DNA from: Botryllus schlosseri
Lineage: Eukaryota
NCBI GenBank assembly: GCA_051294905.1
Contig: CM119372.1
Span: forward strand, 32,366,001-32,430,000
DNA: 64,000 nt
Direction: 5' to 3'
The notes beneath the pieces are model-generated. The model was not told the DNA's origin and did not search any database. It saw nothing but the letters and a program-made list of their open reading frames with translations. Positions 50,105-62,719 of the stretch are shown here, piece after piece (the stretch's first letter is position 1; each line of letters opens with the position of its first letter). A program made the position numbers and the translations under genes.

Positions 50105-51937
50105 CAGACTTTACGCTGATTGGTCGAGAGACACTGGCCATGGATACGGCGCAGCAACGGAAGACGCTGCATTTACCTAAGCCTAGTTGGCACTACGATG
50201 TATTTCTATAGCCGTGTAGACTGCATAAAAACGACAAGATCACAGTTAAATGTTTATGTCTTCATCCATAATAAAATTAGGAAAGGATATTAAATATTTT
50301 GTAACGTATACTAAAATATAATGCCGAAATACTGCTTTGTTTATAAATGCAGTGCCAGCAATGGCAATGAACCGGGAAAGAACAGATTTTTTCATTCATT
50401 TCCTTCCAACGCAAAGGTCAGGAAAGCTTGGGAATGCAGAGTAAGAAGGCAGGATTTCAAGCCTACTTCCACAAGCTTCATTTACTCCTCATCGCCGACC
50501 TCACTGCAGTTGCAGTGACTTAAAAAGCCCAGAAATCACAGTGAGGCGAGCTACAAGTCGGCAGCTAAAGAGCCGATGAATCGCGAGCCGATGCATGAGA
50601 GAGTGGAAAGAATGTCAAAGACAAGAATAAATGCATTGATCAGTTCGAACACTGTCATGTCGTGGAGCACAAAGCCTTAAACAGGCTAAAAGCACCACTG
50701 TTGTGTACAATAATAATAATAATAATAATTTGCTCCTACCACTTTTGCAAGGAAGATTTTGCTGCTAGTGCATTATAGATACACCAATACAGTCACGTCT
50801 AAAGAGAGATGCGATTCCCAGTCGCAATCTCCGTGTTGAAGCAGAAGATTATGCGCATTGCAAAGAGGCGGACCCTGAACTCCATGCCGCGTCAACTGTC
50901 TTCCTACAATGTTGTGGATGCTGCACATGCAAATCTTACATTGTCATCTGGTGATCCTGATCTGGAATCGCCATCGTGTAGCCTTGAAATGGAATCATCA
51001 AATCCATCACCTGAATCTTAGAGTGAGAAGCCAATGAAGTCAGTCATATGCAGATTAGCTACCTAAGCCCACAGGACATCAGAACAGAGAGGATGTGCAG
51101 AATGGGGTAAATACATAGGGCTCTTCGACTCACAAGTAGCAATTTTGGTAGGGTTTTGGACTGCTTTGAGGGGAACAAGACAGCAGGTACTCCATATGCA
51201 ACATCTCTTTTCAAATCACTTCAATGACAGAACAGTATGAACAGGTATTCAATATTGTGGAGGTTATTGCACGAAGAAAGCGCCATTCAAGACTACTAAG
51301 CATCACGCATGTAAATGTAGCAAAGATTGGTCATGTTCTTTTTCCATATGGATATCTGGATGCTTCACATGATAGAGTGATTCTAGCTGAGGAGACCTCA
51401 TCTGCACTGGTGTGCTTGAGGTACCGTAACAGCACATGCGATGAGTTCATGAAATTTGAACTTGGGCAGAAATCACAGGAAAGGAGTCTTTATTTGACTG
51501 CTGCTAGATAATTACAAGTAAATCACTCTTATTAGCATCAAATTCAGGCCCAAATGTATGCCACAAATAGTCCTGCCTTCTTATACTCTGCCTTCCCAAG
51601 CCTTTCTGTCCTTTGCGTTGGAAGAAAATGAATGGAAAGATCTGTTCTTCGCCAGTTCATTGCCATTGGTGGCACTGCATTCATAAACACAGTAGTATTT
51701 CGACATTATATTTCAGTATATGTTATTAAATATTTTATTTCCTTTCCTAATTTCATTATTGATGAAGAAATAAACATTTAACTGTAATCTTGTTGTTTTT
51801 ACACAGTCTACACGGCTATAGGAATACATCGTAGTGCCGACTATAGGTTGAAGTAAATGCAGCGTCCTCCGTTGCTGCGCCGTATCCATGGCCATTGTCT
51901 CTCGACCAATCAGCGTAAAGTTTGGTTTACGGCCGTA
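50105..51937. mobile_element. THAP-containing foldback DNA transposon relic
   Basis: ~350-bp inverted repeats (50105-50460 and ~51571-51924); THAP motif MPKYCFVYKC...FHSFP...W...FI|CSYHF split by a SINE. Confidence 0.7.
50490..50730 (+). mobile_element. 5'-truncated SINE inserted in the THAP exon
   Basis: (AAT)n tail; flanking ATTTACTCCT/ATTTGCTCCT duplication; related to ~53965-54345. Confidence 0.65.
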
Positions 51938-53964
51938 TACAGCAGGCCCGCAATATAGTCAAGTGACAATATTCTTGACCTGGGAACTTCGAAAAATTTT
52001 CGCGCCTGGCGCGGCTAGTGGCCCGCGCAATAGTTCGTCAATCAAATGTGGCCTTTTGGCTGAAAAGGTTGGCCCCCCCTGCTTTATATTGAATGGTCGA
52101 TCATTCAGTGAGCTTTCAAGTTCCGCGAGTGATTTCAATACGCGTGTTGATTGGTAGACAGAGTATATAGAATGATACAAGTAATTATTTTTTGACGTTT
52201 TTGGTCAATAATAAAAGAACACTTAGCAAAATATTATGACTTGACCTGCCATCACATAAAAGTAGGTATCATTACACCAGTGATTTTTAAACTTTTCGAC
52301 CGCGACCTAAACCGCGAGCCTAACATTACTTTTGGGAAAGAATGCGTTGTCGATGTTAGTATTCTCAGTTTTACTGGGATGTAGGAAATGGAGACGGTGC
52401 CCAGTTATAGGCTACGCTACGCAGTTCTATGACAAATGTGTGTTGTCCAATTGGGGGGCGGGGCATCATCTTCGTCTGCGAGTAACATTTGTATTACAGG
52501 ACTCAGATTGAAAGGATGATACCATTCAGTGCCGATCATTTCGTCGACTGGACATATCAATATCGAAGGATTTTGATAACTAGTGACAGTCATTCGGCTG
52601 ACGGTTTTATCGCCGCCGATCTTTTTACCGCCACACTTTGCCCACCCGGATGTTGGCAACACGTCATGCCTCCTTATGTCTCGGTCGGAATTGCCTTTAT
52701 TAGTCCCGCACGTTGAACACCACTAGACTAAAGCATCCCAACGATCTCCGGCGGTGTTAAGCAATATCGAGAATACGTCGTAGCTGTATTTCATAGCTGT
52801 AAATTATGCGTATTAAAAAAGAACACTATGGCGTACGGCAATTATGTCTCCACTCTTCTCCTCAAGCCTTCCGTAGTGTTTCACCACAATTTAGAGCTGA
52901 CACCAGTGTCAGACAAATATTATCATGACATCAAACCAATGCGCGTGATAACAAGGTCGGCAAAGCTCCACGATCCCGATTGTCTTAACACCATGCACTT
53001 TTCTGCCTGTCTCGCTTATTGACTGCAGTAGCGAACTTTGGTACTTACAAAGCATTCACATAAGTCTCGCGGATCGCGAAAGAAATGCATTGGAAGTATC
53101 TGGGCAAATATTACATACATAATACAATGTCGCTGTGGTGCGGTCGCGAATCACATTTAAACCATTCACGACCTATACTTTTAAGAACCCATATGGTAAG
53201 TGGGAAGAAGTGTTTTGTTATAATTGTCTCGGTTTTATAAGATATATTGTCACTCGCAAAACCAGGCGGTGTATTTACTTTTTCGCAGTAACAAGGTATG
53301 TAATTCCAAAAATTGCGTCAATTTCCGTCTTCATCAGTAATTTCGGTTTGCCGCGAAGATCTTGAAATATTTTTTCCTTTTGCAACTGAATTGCAATTTG
53401 TAAATTATATGTGCAAATTTATCAAAAATGTTACTAATAACAGAGATATAAATTTTCCTGCTCCTGCGACAGGTCCCCCACATAACAAATCCTATTTTAT
53501 TCACTACTCGCAAGTTTTAGAAACATTTGAAAGTACTTCACTTCATATTAAAGTAGTTGGAGTCGAATTGGGAGTCAGGAGCATTTTTACGAAGTAGGCC
53601 TCCGCCTCCAGCCAGTATTCTTCACAACTTTAACTACAACTGACTCCAAGTAGTGTTATAAGAATCTCCGGCTCCATTAAGGCAAATATCAGCCTCCAAC
53701 TCATCGATTCCGACTCAAACCGCACAGCCCTGCTATACATACTGCCTATATTGACATTAATGGTAGGTGATCGAATATGTTTGTTTCTTTGTATTTTCGT
53801 ACGTCTATAATATTTATGACATCCAAAAGCCTTCGTTTATCTATACTCCTGGGGTATTGATTTTTCGATGCAAGATCGGGTTACCATATTTTTGCACTCT
53901 TTAGCACCTTTTAGCGGGTCTTGAAATGAGGTATGAACACATTGTTTCTCACTATGACGCCACT

Positions 53965-54345
53965 GGGATGTGAGTGGCGAAGTTTGTTGAGCGACAACGT
54001 CACGACTTCAATGGTTGTTGGTTCTAGTCTCGACTCTGCCACGTTTCTACGTGTCGGAGGTTTATCTATAGGCTCCTCATCGCTAACCTGAGTAATCTCA
54101 CTGCCATAGCAGTATTTCAAAAAAGCCCAGATTGATGGTGATCAGAACCAAAAAAGTCGGCAGCAAAGATAAAAATCCGGCTCACGCAAAATGAGAGTGA
54201 CCGATGTTGGAAACGTGCGAGTGTGGAAGTCGTTCAGAAAATTACGAAGGCAAAGATCCTGAACAGTACCAAGTCATTGTCGTGGAACAAATAACCTTAC
54301 TGGGAGTTAATAACCACTGATTTGCACGAAATAAACAATAAACAA
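53965..54345 (+). mobile_element. tRNA-derived SINE
   Basis: A-box-like TGGCGAAGTTTG, B-box-like GGTTCTAGTC and an A-rich repetitive tail. Confidence 0.6.
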
Positions 54346-55654
54346 TTATGACGTCACTCTATGAATTGCATATTCCATAGTACATCGACTGGAGTTCTTA
54401 GCAAACTGTCGTGAATTCCGAAGGTCAGAGGTCGTTACCTGTAGCAAGTAGCATGAGTTTTCATGGAACGCCGAATGATTCGACGCACACGATTCAGGTT
54501 TGTTGCATAGAGTTAAACGAAAATTTTGAAAACGGAAAATTGTGATGCCACTGATATCCGCGTATGGCATTATTTAGTTGTCTAAGTACATTTTACAATC
54601 GTCTCGCTCTCAAAGCTATAAACTAGGACAAATTGCCAAAACGAAGGATGTTGAAGAACCCCGCAAAAACATTTTCAAAATATTGCCAAAAATAGGACAA
54701 ATCCTCCTTATAGATGTATGGTAAACCTAAGTAAGGTAGTTGCAATATTACTATGCCGTATATTCCAGTGCCGGTACTAGCGTATTTTATCTGTATGAAT
54801 TAAAAAAATAGGAGTAGGAAGGATTAGTATATCATAATATTTATCATAATTATGAATGCAAGGAATTCGACATCACCCAAGCAGGGTTAGAAATTTCAAA
54901 TGAGAAATAAACATGACTGGAACAAGCAGGGTTGTAACCAAGTCACATGGTTCCGAGTCACGAGTCAATCTGACTTTTGTGGTTTTGACTCGAGTCGAGT
55001 CGAGTCATTTTCAATTCATCACCGACTCGAGTCCGAGTCCAAGTCACCGTTTTAAGGGTCAAGTCCGAGTCATAGTGTTATGACTCGAGTCGAGTCCAAG
55101 TCACAGTATTGAAGTCATGTTCAACTTATGTTTTCAATCCTGCTTGGGTGATATCGAATTCCTTGCTTGCCAAACATGCTTATTTTGTCCCTATCATAGT
55201 CTTGGCACAAGTTTATTTAGTTAGGCAGATAACAGGCAGTTCCTGGCCTCATATACCGATGCTACAGATAGACGAGACAGGCCGCCAATACGATAACGTT
55301 ACTAATCTTAGAACTTTAAATCAAATATCTGTCTTGTCAGTCTGATATTTCACAAATAAAAGCATTCAGTTTTTATTACGAGCACATCGACGACCGCTCA
55401 CAAATAGCTTATAGAGAATAAACGAATTCACGTCTACATACTATCTGATAGAGAACCTACGAATTCACGTCTAGCTAGATACAAGCTGGTAAAGAATCAA
55501 CAGATAAACGCTTATGTAGAGGTACAGTTTTGCTTTCACATCATATCAGGTGGTTTACCAGAAAAAGGTCAACTTTCCTGCTCAGCTGCCGAAATAGTCG
55601 TCGGAGCGTTACTTTAGTGCTGATTTACTGTTGTCTTAGTCTAATTTGCCCTAC

Positions 55655-57585
55655 TGTAACCGCTCGGCTCCGGAGCCATAGTGACTCCGGACTATCTGGT
55701 TGTAAGACCAGTCATGCGTAAGGTAGCATGCGGGATGGGGAAATGAGGAAGTGATTGAGTCTTTGGTAGGAGTTAGTCTTTGGTAGGAGTTGGGGTTTGG
55801 TATGGAGTTGGTCTTGGTGTATCTTTGTGTGGAGTTGTTACTGTGTTAAGTCTTGGATTGGATTGGAAGTATTGGTGTGTTTATTGTGCCTGCCTTCGTC
55901 GTAATATATATCCGTCGAATCTGCAATGTGTCTCTGGGTCCAGTCGAACCTGAAGTAACTTAGCCGCATTCAGTTAGATAGCGAAGACTACGACCGAACG
56001 GCTACAAATGGCGAGCACGCACCCTGATGCTGGATCCGGTATAGTTATGCCGCTTGCAGTAGGAGAGGGATGCGGTGGACAGTTATTGAAGAGGAAAGAA
56101 GAAATTGTGCTTTTACGTTTTTTCAACAAGTTGGTAAAAGGGAGACTTGACGAGGAAGGAAAACGAATTGTGAAGTTATTGGACACTCGTGCTGTTGGGA
56201 AAGTGGATAATGTGGCACGTGATGGGTTGGAACATGTGTCGGTATGCTCGTCTGTTGGAAACTCTGTTGTTGATGTGGCCTTGGAAGAGGAGGATTTTGA
56301 AAAACCGCATGTTGAGGAAATCGTTCATGAAATGTTGGCATGTGAGAGTACAATGGATTCGGTTTCTGAAGAGACTGTTACTGCGCCGGTTGTTGAAGAT
56401 ATTGGATCTGGGATGGTAGTCATGGTACCATTGAAGTCGTGTGACAAGATGAATGATGATGTTCATGGGGAAGAAAGAAGCGTGATGGATGACTCTTTGA
56501 TGGAAGGACATTTGGCTGCGGATTGTGGAGATGATGGTGCTCCGTTGGTTTCATCTATTGAAAACATGAACTCGCTATGGGACTTGGTTGGTAGAGAAGT
56601 AAACGTATCTGATATACTTGGAACTTTAAAGCCGTTGGTGATCTGTAAGCTGGCCATTGAGTGTATCACTGTGAATATAAAGTAGCCGTCGCACCGTAAA
56701 GCTTTTACTTCGAGAGATATTTGAGTGATATGATGGGTCATTCGAATTTGACACCGGACTTGGACTACGCCCCTGATGTTGACATATTATGAACTGTGGC
56801 TTGATTTGATAATGAACTGCGATTGTTAATGGGTATATTGACACCTCGTTTTTTTTGTTTCTGTTGTTGGCTTGGTTGTAACGCACGGTGTTATGATGTG
56901 GGAAACTGTCTGTGGCAAATGGTTGCTTTTTCGTAATTGTTATTGGATTTTTGTGTCTGTTATTTTGTATTGTTGACGGTTGAGAGAACTTTTGGAGATA
57001 TTGTGGTGGCCTCCTTTGTGTTGTTAGTGGATCTCACTAATGTGTTGTATTTACTATTGGTGGTTGTAGAACGTTGTAACAAGCCTTGCCTGATTCTGTT
57101 TATTCTTTGTACATATTGTTGCCATTTTTATACTCTGCATTTTTTTTTTACCTAATTTTTTTAAATTTGTGCTCCTTCTTGTCGCTTGTGAGTGATCTTT
57201 GCTACTAGATCACTCAACTTGGGAACGGGGATGTGTAACCGCTCGGCTCCGGAGCCATAGTGACTCCGGACTATCTGGTTGTAAGACCAGTCATGCGTAA
57301 GGTAGCATGCGGGATGGAGAAATGAGGAAGTGATTGAGTCTTTGGTAGGAGTTAGTCTTTGGTAGGAGTTGGGGTTTGGTATGGAGTTGGTCTTGGTGTA
57401 TCTTTGTGTGGAGTTGTTACTGTGTTAAGTCTTGGATTGGATTGGAAGTATTGGTGTGTTTATTGTGCCTGCCTTCGTCGTAATATATATCCGTCGAATC
57501 TGCAATGTGTCTCTGGGTCCAGTCGAACCTGAAGTAACTTAGCCGCATTCAGTTAGATAGCGAAGACTACGACCGAACGGCTACA
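55655..57585 (+). mobile_element. Young non-autonomous LTR retroelement (TRIM/LARD-like)
   Basis: 352-bp TG..CA LTRs (55655-56006, 57234-57585) differing at one position that I could find; PBS-like TGGCGAGC; PPT GGGAACGGGG; TSD CTAC/CTAT. Confidence 0.9.
56008..56685 (+). CDS. 225-aa acidic, Val-rich ORF of unknown function inside the LTR element
   Basis: Open frame starting at the PBS; no recognisable gag/pol motifs. Confidence 0.4.
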   Translation: MASTHPDAGSGIVMPLAVGEGCGGQLLKRKEEIVLLRFFNKLVKGRLDEEGKRIVKLLDTRAVGKVDNVARDGLEHVSVCSSVGNSVVDVALEEEDFEKPHVEEIVHEMLACESTMDSVSEETVTAPVVEDIGSGMVVMVPLKSCDKMNDDVHGEERSVMDDSLMEGHLAADCGDDGAPLVSSIENMNSLWDLVGREVNVSDILGTLKPLVICKLAIECITVNIK

Positions 57586-59665
57586 CTATATTTACAAAAA
57601 AAATTCTCAAAAATGAGGACAGAATCTCAAAAAAGAGGCTACTTCTTAAAATTGTTAGATTATCTAAAAGAACCTAAATTTGGCTTAATTCCAACCAGTA
57701 GAAAGCAATGCTAAGAGAAAATATTTTGGATTAATTACAAATAGAGACTTTCGAAATACACCGGCTACCTCATGATATTGTTAGATTGTGTAAAAATATG
57801 ATTCATAGAAAATTTGGCTCAATTCCAACTAGAAGAAGCGGAGTTATTAGAGTGGAATATTTTGGATATGAAAAAATAGTCGACTTACTGCTAGTATGTA
57901 ATCATATTATATGAAATCATTTCTAACTAAAAATACTCCATGTATTTTCAAATCCAAAATTTTCTCCTCTCATTTCATTGATTACACTTTTTCAAATTAG
58001 GCCAGATTCAGTGTTTTTTTATGCAACGTAGCAATTTTATCAAGTAGCCACCCAGTAGAACAAAAAAGAAGGTATTTTTGATCGGCCCTATTGTACAAAC
58101 ATCACACAATATTAGCCATTCATTATTATCACGTGCACAATGCACATACCTAACAAAACGTCAAACGGACGGAGGGTATTGTGTGTTTTCACAGACAGCA
58201 GATCAAATCAATGAGTTACACTTGAAAAATACTAAAGTGGAAAGGAGATTCTCATATATGTTGAGGCGGCATGGCCTTAGAATAATCCACATCCCCTGGA
58301 TACACGTTCCTCTGGCGCATTAGATGCAGGAATTGAAAAGCAATTTTGAACCACACTGAAGAGCATTAGATACTCATCCATTCTAGTCGGCCAAAAATGC
58401 AAAGACTCATCGCCTTCATATCTACACATGAGCTTATCAGTCTCTTCCAAGTAGGCTACTTGACCATCTGAGTCATTTCTTTGGCGCTAATTGAACTTTG
58501 CTTCGATTGTTTGCTTGTATAATTGAAATGTCTTGAGTACTTTGATGGTGGAGGATCTATTACCTTTTCATCACTGGATGATTTTGTACAATGCATTGCT
58601 CTTTGCTAATAGGTACCATTGTCTTTTGCTTTTACGGCGGCGCATATCTGATATCAGACGAGTGCAACGAAAGCAGTGGTGACAAATAGCGATGTCGACA
58701 GAATTCGTCACATGCGTTGATCTAACCATTGTGATTCGCAACTTTCTTCACCTTCAAGTCATATAAAATAAGCCGAGTCAATGACTTGAGTCGAGTCATG
58801 CGAAATGACTCGAGTACAAGTCGAGTCAATCAAAATATTGACTCGAGTCGAGTCGAGTCATTTTCCCATTTCAAGAAAATGACTCGAGTCAAGTCGAGTC
58901 ACAAAAAAATCGTGACTCGAGTCTGACTCGAGTCGAGTCATGACTCGAGTAATTACAACCCTGAACAAGCGATTGATTATTAAACAACATCGATTGGAAT
59001 TGAACTCGAGTCTCAGCACAGTGATTCAGACTCGACCCTTTGCACCCTGATTTGAACTCAGACTTGACTTTCTGGGGAATTTAAAATGATTCGACTTGAC
59101 TCGAGTGCAAATTATTAAAGAAGGATTGACATTAGTTTCGTATTCTTGTTGACTTCGTTGCAACCTTGCTATACAGAGGTGTAACAATCGGTTAGAGTGC
59201 AAAAATATTGATATTTTTGTAATCAGTGCGCTAAAACTAACCGAAAACAAAACAAATATCAAGCCAAAGAAAAATTTCATCAGTTTGTTACGTAGTGATA
59301 TAAATATATTTCCAATAGGATTTGAGAGTTCCTCACGTTTCGAAGTATGGTAGATATCATTGATTTTACTAGTGTAGTGTAGCCTATACCTAATCCCAAT
59401 CCTATACACTCAGATAATTATAAGTTTGCTATGATTACAACTAATATACGCACGGAAAATATCATTCGATTACAATATTCCTAACAAAAATATGGCATTA
59501 CAACACCAAGTATTGAAATTTGAATAAAATATGATCAAAAAGTTCATTTAACAACTACGTGTGCTGAAGGATAACAAATATTTATTAGTATGACACTATA
59601 TACTTTTTTATTTTTCACAATCAAAAGTATTAACCTTGTTAAAATAATACCACTACAGTTTAAAG

Positions 59666-60105
59666 AGCTTCTTGGAGGTACAGAGCTTCAATATACAATA
59701 GAATAGTATATTCATATTGAAATGAACGCGAATATTTTCGGCTGACACTCATCAGGGGTAATCGTCAGCAACTAGTAGAGAATTGGAAAGAACATTGTAT
59801 ATCAACAATCGTATCACAAAATATGACGTCACCAGCATGAAATTTCGAATGAGAGAGCGTTCAATGTACTATTTTAATGTGGTACACGAACTCCTTTCGT
59901 TGACAGAGTTTTGATTGGTATATTTTGATAAAAGTCGACTCCAAGGCACACAAATGGAAGTGGTGTGAACGGCCCCTCCCAACGACGCGAAATCTGTCGT
60001 CTCGACAATCATTTGCACAAATCGGATTATCTAACGGATGTTTGCCGATGGCAGAATTGATGGCCTTTAATCGGTCAGCATCAAGCTTATGCGGATGAGT
60101 TAAAG
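59666..60105 (-). mobile_element. 3' fragment and pLTR of the same Penelope family
   Basis: Reverse complement of ~9450-9843; matches 8439-8645 directly. Confidence 0.85.
59726..59759 (-). ncRNA. Minimal hammerhead ribozyme motif (intact core)
   Basis: Minus strand reads ACCC-CTGATGA-GTGTCAGCC-GAAA-ATAT-TC-GCGT. Confidence 0.6.
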
Positions 60106-60224
60106 ATGCTCACAACTTATGAGTTTTGGGTGAGCTTGTCCACATTCCATATCCAATTTCTCTATAGCTCACAACTTGCGATGGTGAGGAAGACGTTTTG
60201 TTGACTGCACTCACCATTGGTTAG

Positions 60225-61127
60225 TCATTCCCGAAAAAAAGGAAACATTGTTTTTCTCCATTTCGGAAATGCAGCCACAATCATGCACAAATTCACCATA
60301 GGATTGACTTGACCCAAAGCAGCAGGAAGAAAACCATCTTTGACAATTTTGGTCATAACAATGAGATTGGTGGTGACATCCGTGCCAACACAGACTGACG
60401 CACATACTAACGATCTAACGACCAGCGGCTTCAAGCTTTCTCCCCCACTCTGGTTTTGTGAAATGTGTTTGGTCAGGGGGTATGCGAACAATCCAAGAAG
60501 TGAGAACTGTGTGACGGTGACCATTATGATTCTTGGGAAATAAGCGATCTTCGGATTGAATCTTGCTACGGTAACGGCGCATCCTGACTCCAGAACCTTC
60601 AACTCAAAGGCTGCTACGAAAGCGGCGAAGAAATAGAATGGTGAAATCACCAGCAGAATTCCGGATATCCAACTCAATGTGCTTAAACTAGGAGTCGTCA
60701 AATGACTCATCGACGGGCTCTGGTAAAGCGATCTTTGCCTCATCCACAGCACAACGTAAATGAACGAATCTCCTAGATTCAACAACAGGATTTTCGAGTA
60801 CTTCACTGGAGCGCACAATTCATGAGCAAACATTTCCGCGACGATATCCTCCATGATGGTCGCCACGAAGAAAAGTGTTGTGCACGCAGCGCCAAGTACG
60901 GAGAATATTCTGATGCGATTTTGAATCGAAGTCATCCTTTTAGGGCCGGTCGGACAAATATAGTCCTTTAGATATGCCACGGTTATCCAAATTGATATGA
61001 TTAAGAACAATACAGTTGTTGACGCAAAAAGTGTCCAGAATAGCAGAGACTTTTCAACTTCAACTTTTGCAGATGTATTAGAAGTGGTGTTGGTGGGGGT
61101 CTCAAGGTCATTATACCCGTCAGACAT
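60225..61127 (-). CDS. Intronless orphan 7TM/GPCR-like protein, paralogue 3 (intact, 300 aa)
   Basis: Seven hydrophobic segments; N-terminal sequons (NTT, NTS); Cys at the start of TM3 and in the loop after TM4; motifs YVVLWMRQR, QFSLLGLFAYPL, WRKTMFPF. Confidence 0.8.
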   Translation of the reverse strand: MSDGYNDLETPTNTTSNTSAKVEVEKSLLFWTLFASTTVLFLIISIWITVAYLKDYICPTGPKRMTSIQNRIRIFSVLGAACTTLFFVATIMEDIVAEMFAHELCAPVKYSKILLLNLGDSFIYVVLWMRQRSLYQSPSMSHLTTPSLSTLSWISGILLVISPFYFFAAFVAAFELKVLESGCAVTVARFNPKIAYFPRIIMVTVTQFSLLGLFAYPLTKHISQNQSGGESLKPLVVRSLVCASVCVGTDVTTNLIVMTKIVKDGFLPAALGQVNPMVNLCMIVAAFPKWRKTMFPFFRE

Positions 61128-61286
61128 TTCTCAATATACGATCTATTCTACTTATATGATACATGTAACCTGAATGAAGTATCGCTCACAATTACGTATT
61201 CTGAAAATATATATTGCTTTTACGTTTATTGATGCTACAGAAATGCAACCAAATATGCGAATTAAAAGTTATTTTCAATTACTGTA

Positions 61287-62719
61287 CACTGGTCAACAAA
61301 ATGAAAAACTTCTGGGGTTTTCAAGGTTGTTGATTACGAATATCAGATTAATTTTGCCAGATTGGCCATAGCAAAGTAGATATTTATACCCCTAAAAAAG
61401 CTTAAAATCACTCTATTTACCATTGAATATTTCACTTGGTAGTAAGTAAATCTTAGATTTTTCTACTTTTATACTGAGCATATATAGATAATTGACTAAG
61501 ATGAACAGTTGAACACTCATGTCGTTCTCAGTAATTCCATCAATATTAAAAAGACCTGATGCTATAACTTTGTTTGTTAAAAAAGCAGTTTTTCAAGCCT
61601 AAAAATTGTACTTTTGCACAATTGAAATATATGTTCTCCTGTGCCAACTGGTCATTCTACCAAGATGAATGAGAAGTATAAAACTATCAAGCGTTCCCTG
61701 GAAAGCCTAATTATTATACTCATATGCGTCTCTTCCCTTTCACTTGTAAATTTTCTTGGATAATTTTCCGTAAAGCCGACAGAGTGGGTATGTCAAGCTA
61801 GTATCCATATCAAACGAGAAGTTAAATCTGGAATCTTTGAAGGATCTCAGATTCGAATACGGACTAAAGATTACAATTTCATACTAAGAAAGGTGCTCAC
61901 TGCATGGAATCCCTTCTAGGATTTAGTGAATATAAGTTTTTGGAAGATCATAAAGCAACCAACTACAAACAGTTGGTCTAAGAATTTGTATCTGCATATG
62001 GAAACCTTGGAACAAACATGAGCATTTATTCTCACTTTCTATTCAGTCATTTTGATATATTTTCTGATAATACTGTTGATTAGAGGGAATAGAAAGGAGG
62101 GGAAAGATTCCCTCAATACATCAAAACAACAAAATAAAGATATCAGTGCAGATGCGACGAACATATTATGGTAGACTATTGTTAGAACCTTCCGAAAAAC
62201 TGCACTAAACTGCTTACAGCCGAAAATAGTAGTAAAAGAACCAATTTTGCTTCAGGATAAGTTATTAATATTATATTCCAACTGATTATTTTGAATTTGA
62301 AATAGGTGGTTGACCTAAAACTGATTTAATTAATGCAACGTTATTTGAGTATTTAGGTAAATACTTATATACATGATTGTAGTTTATTTGTGTACGTGAT
62401 ATCCGTCAAAGTCTCCAATTATGATAAATCTAATACCCGGAAATATAACTTTGTGTATGTATTTTCATTTAAAACAGTCTTCAGCGAGTCAAAATAACAA
62501 GTAGATTAAGTTTCTGAACTTTATAGTACGACTGAGCCGATTTTTTATCCAGCCCATACAGTGAAAATATGAGATTTTACTCAAAATCGATCCATGGATT
62601 ATCTTCAAAAATAGAGCCAATTTGAAAAAAAAAATAAAGGTCATATTTGGAATCAGTGCCCTTCAGAACCCCCAAAATCACTCTTACTTTGTTTACCTAA
62701 AAATATGTATTGACCAGTG
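61287..62719 (+). mobile_element. Decayed Chapaev3-like DNA transposon
   Basis: TIR CACTGGTCAA / TTGACCAGTG; relic motifs KSGIFEGSQIR, LGTNMSI, HFLFSHFDIF, GERFPQYIK, RYQ and IMVDYC (~61820-62185). Family assignment is from memory of these motifs. Confidence 0.7.

Larger units (their letters stand above)
54927..58963 (-). mobile_element. hAT-derived element with CAGGGTTGTAA TIRs and a dimerisation-domain relic
   Basis: TIRs; flanking AACAAG duplication; minus-strand relic LHFW...SIPASNAPEERV...LSTLVFFKCN (~58215-58470); GACTCGAGTC arrays. Confidence 0.75.
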
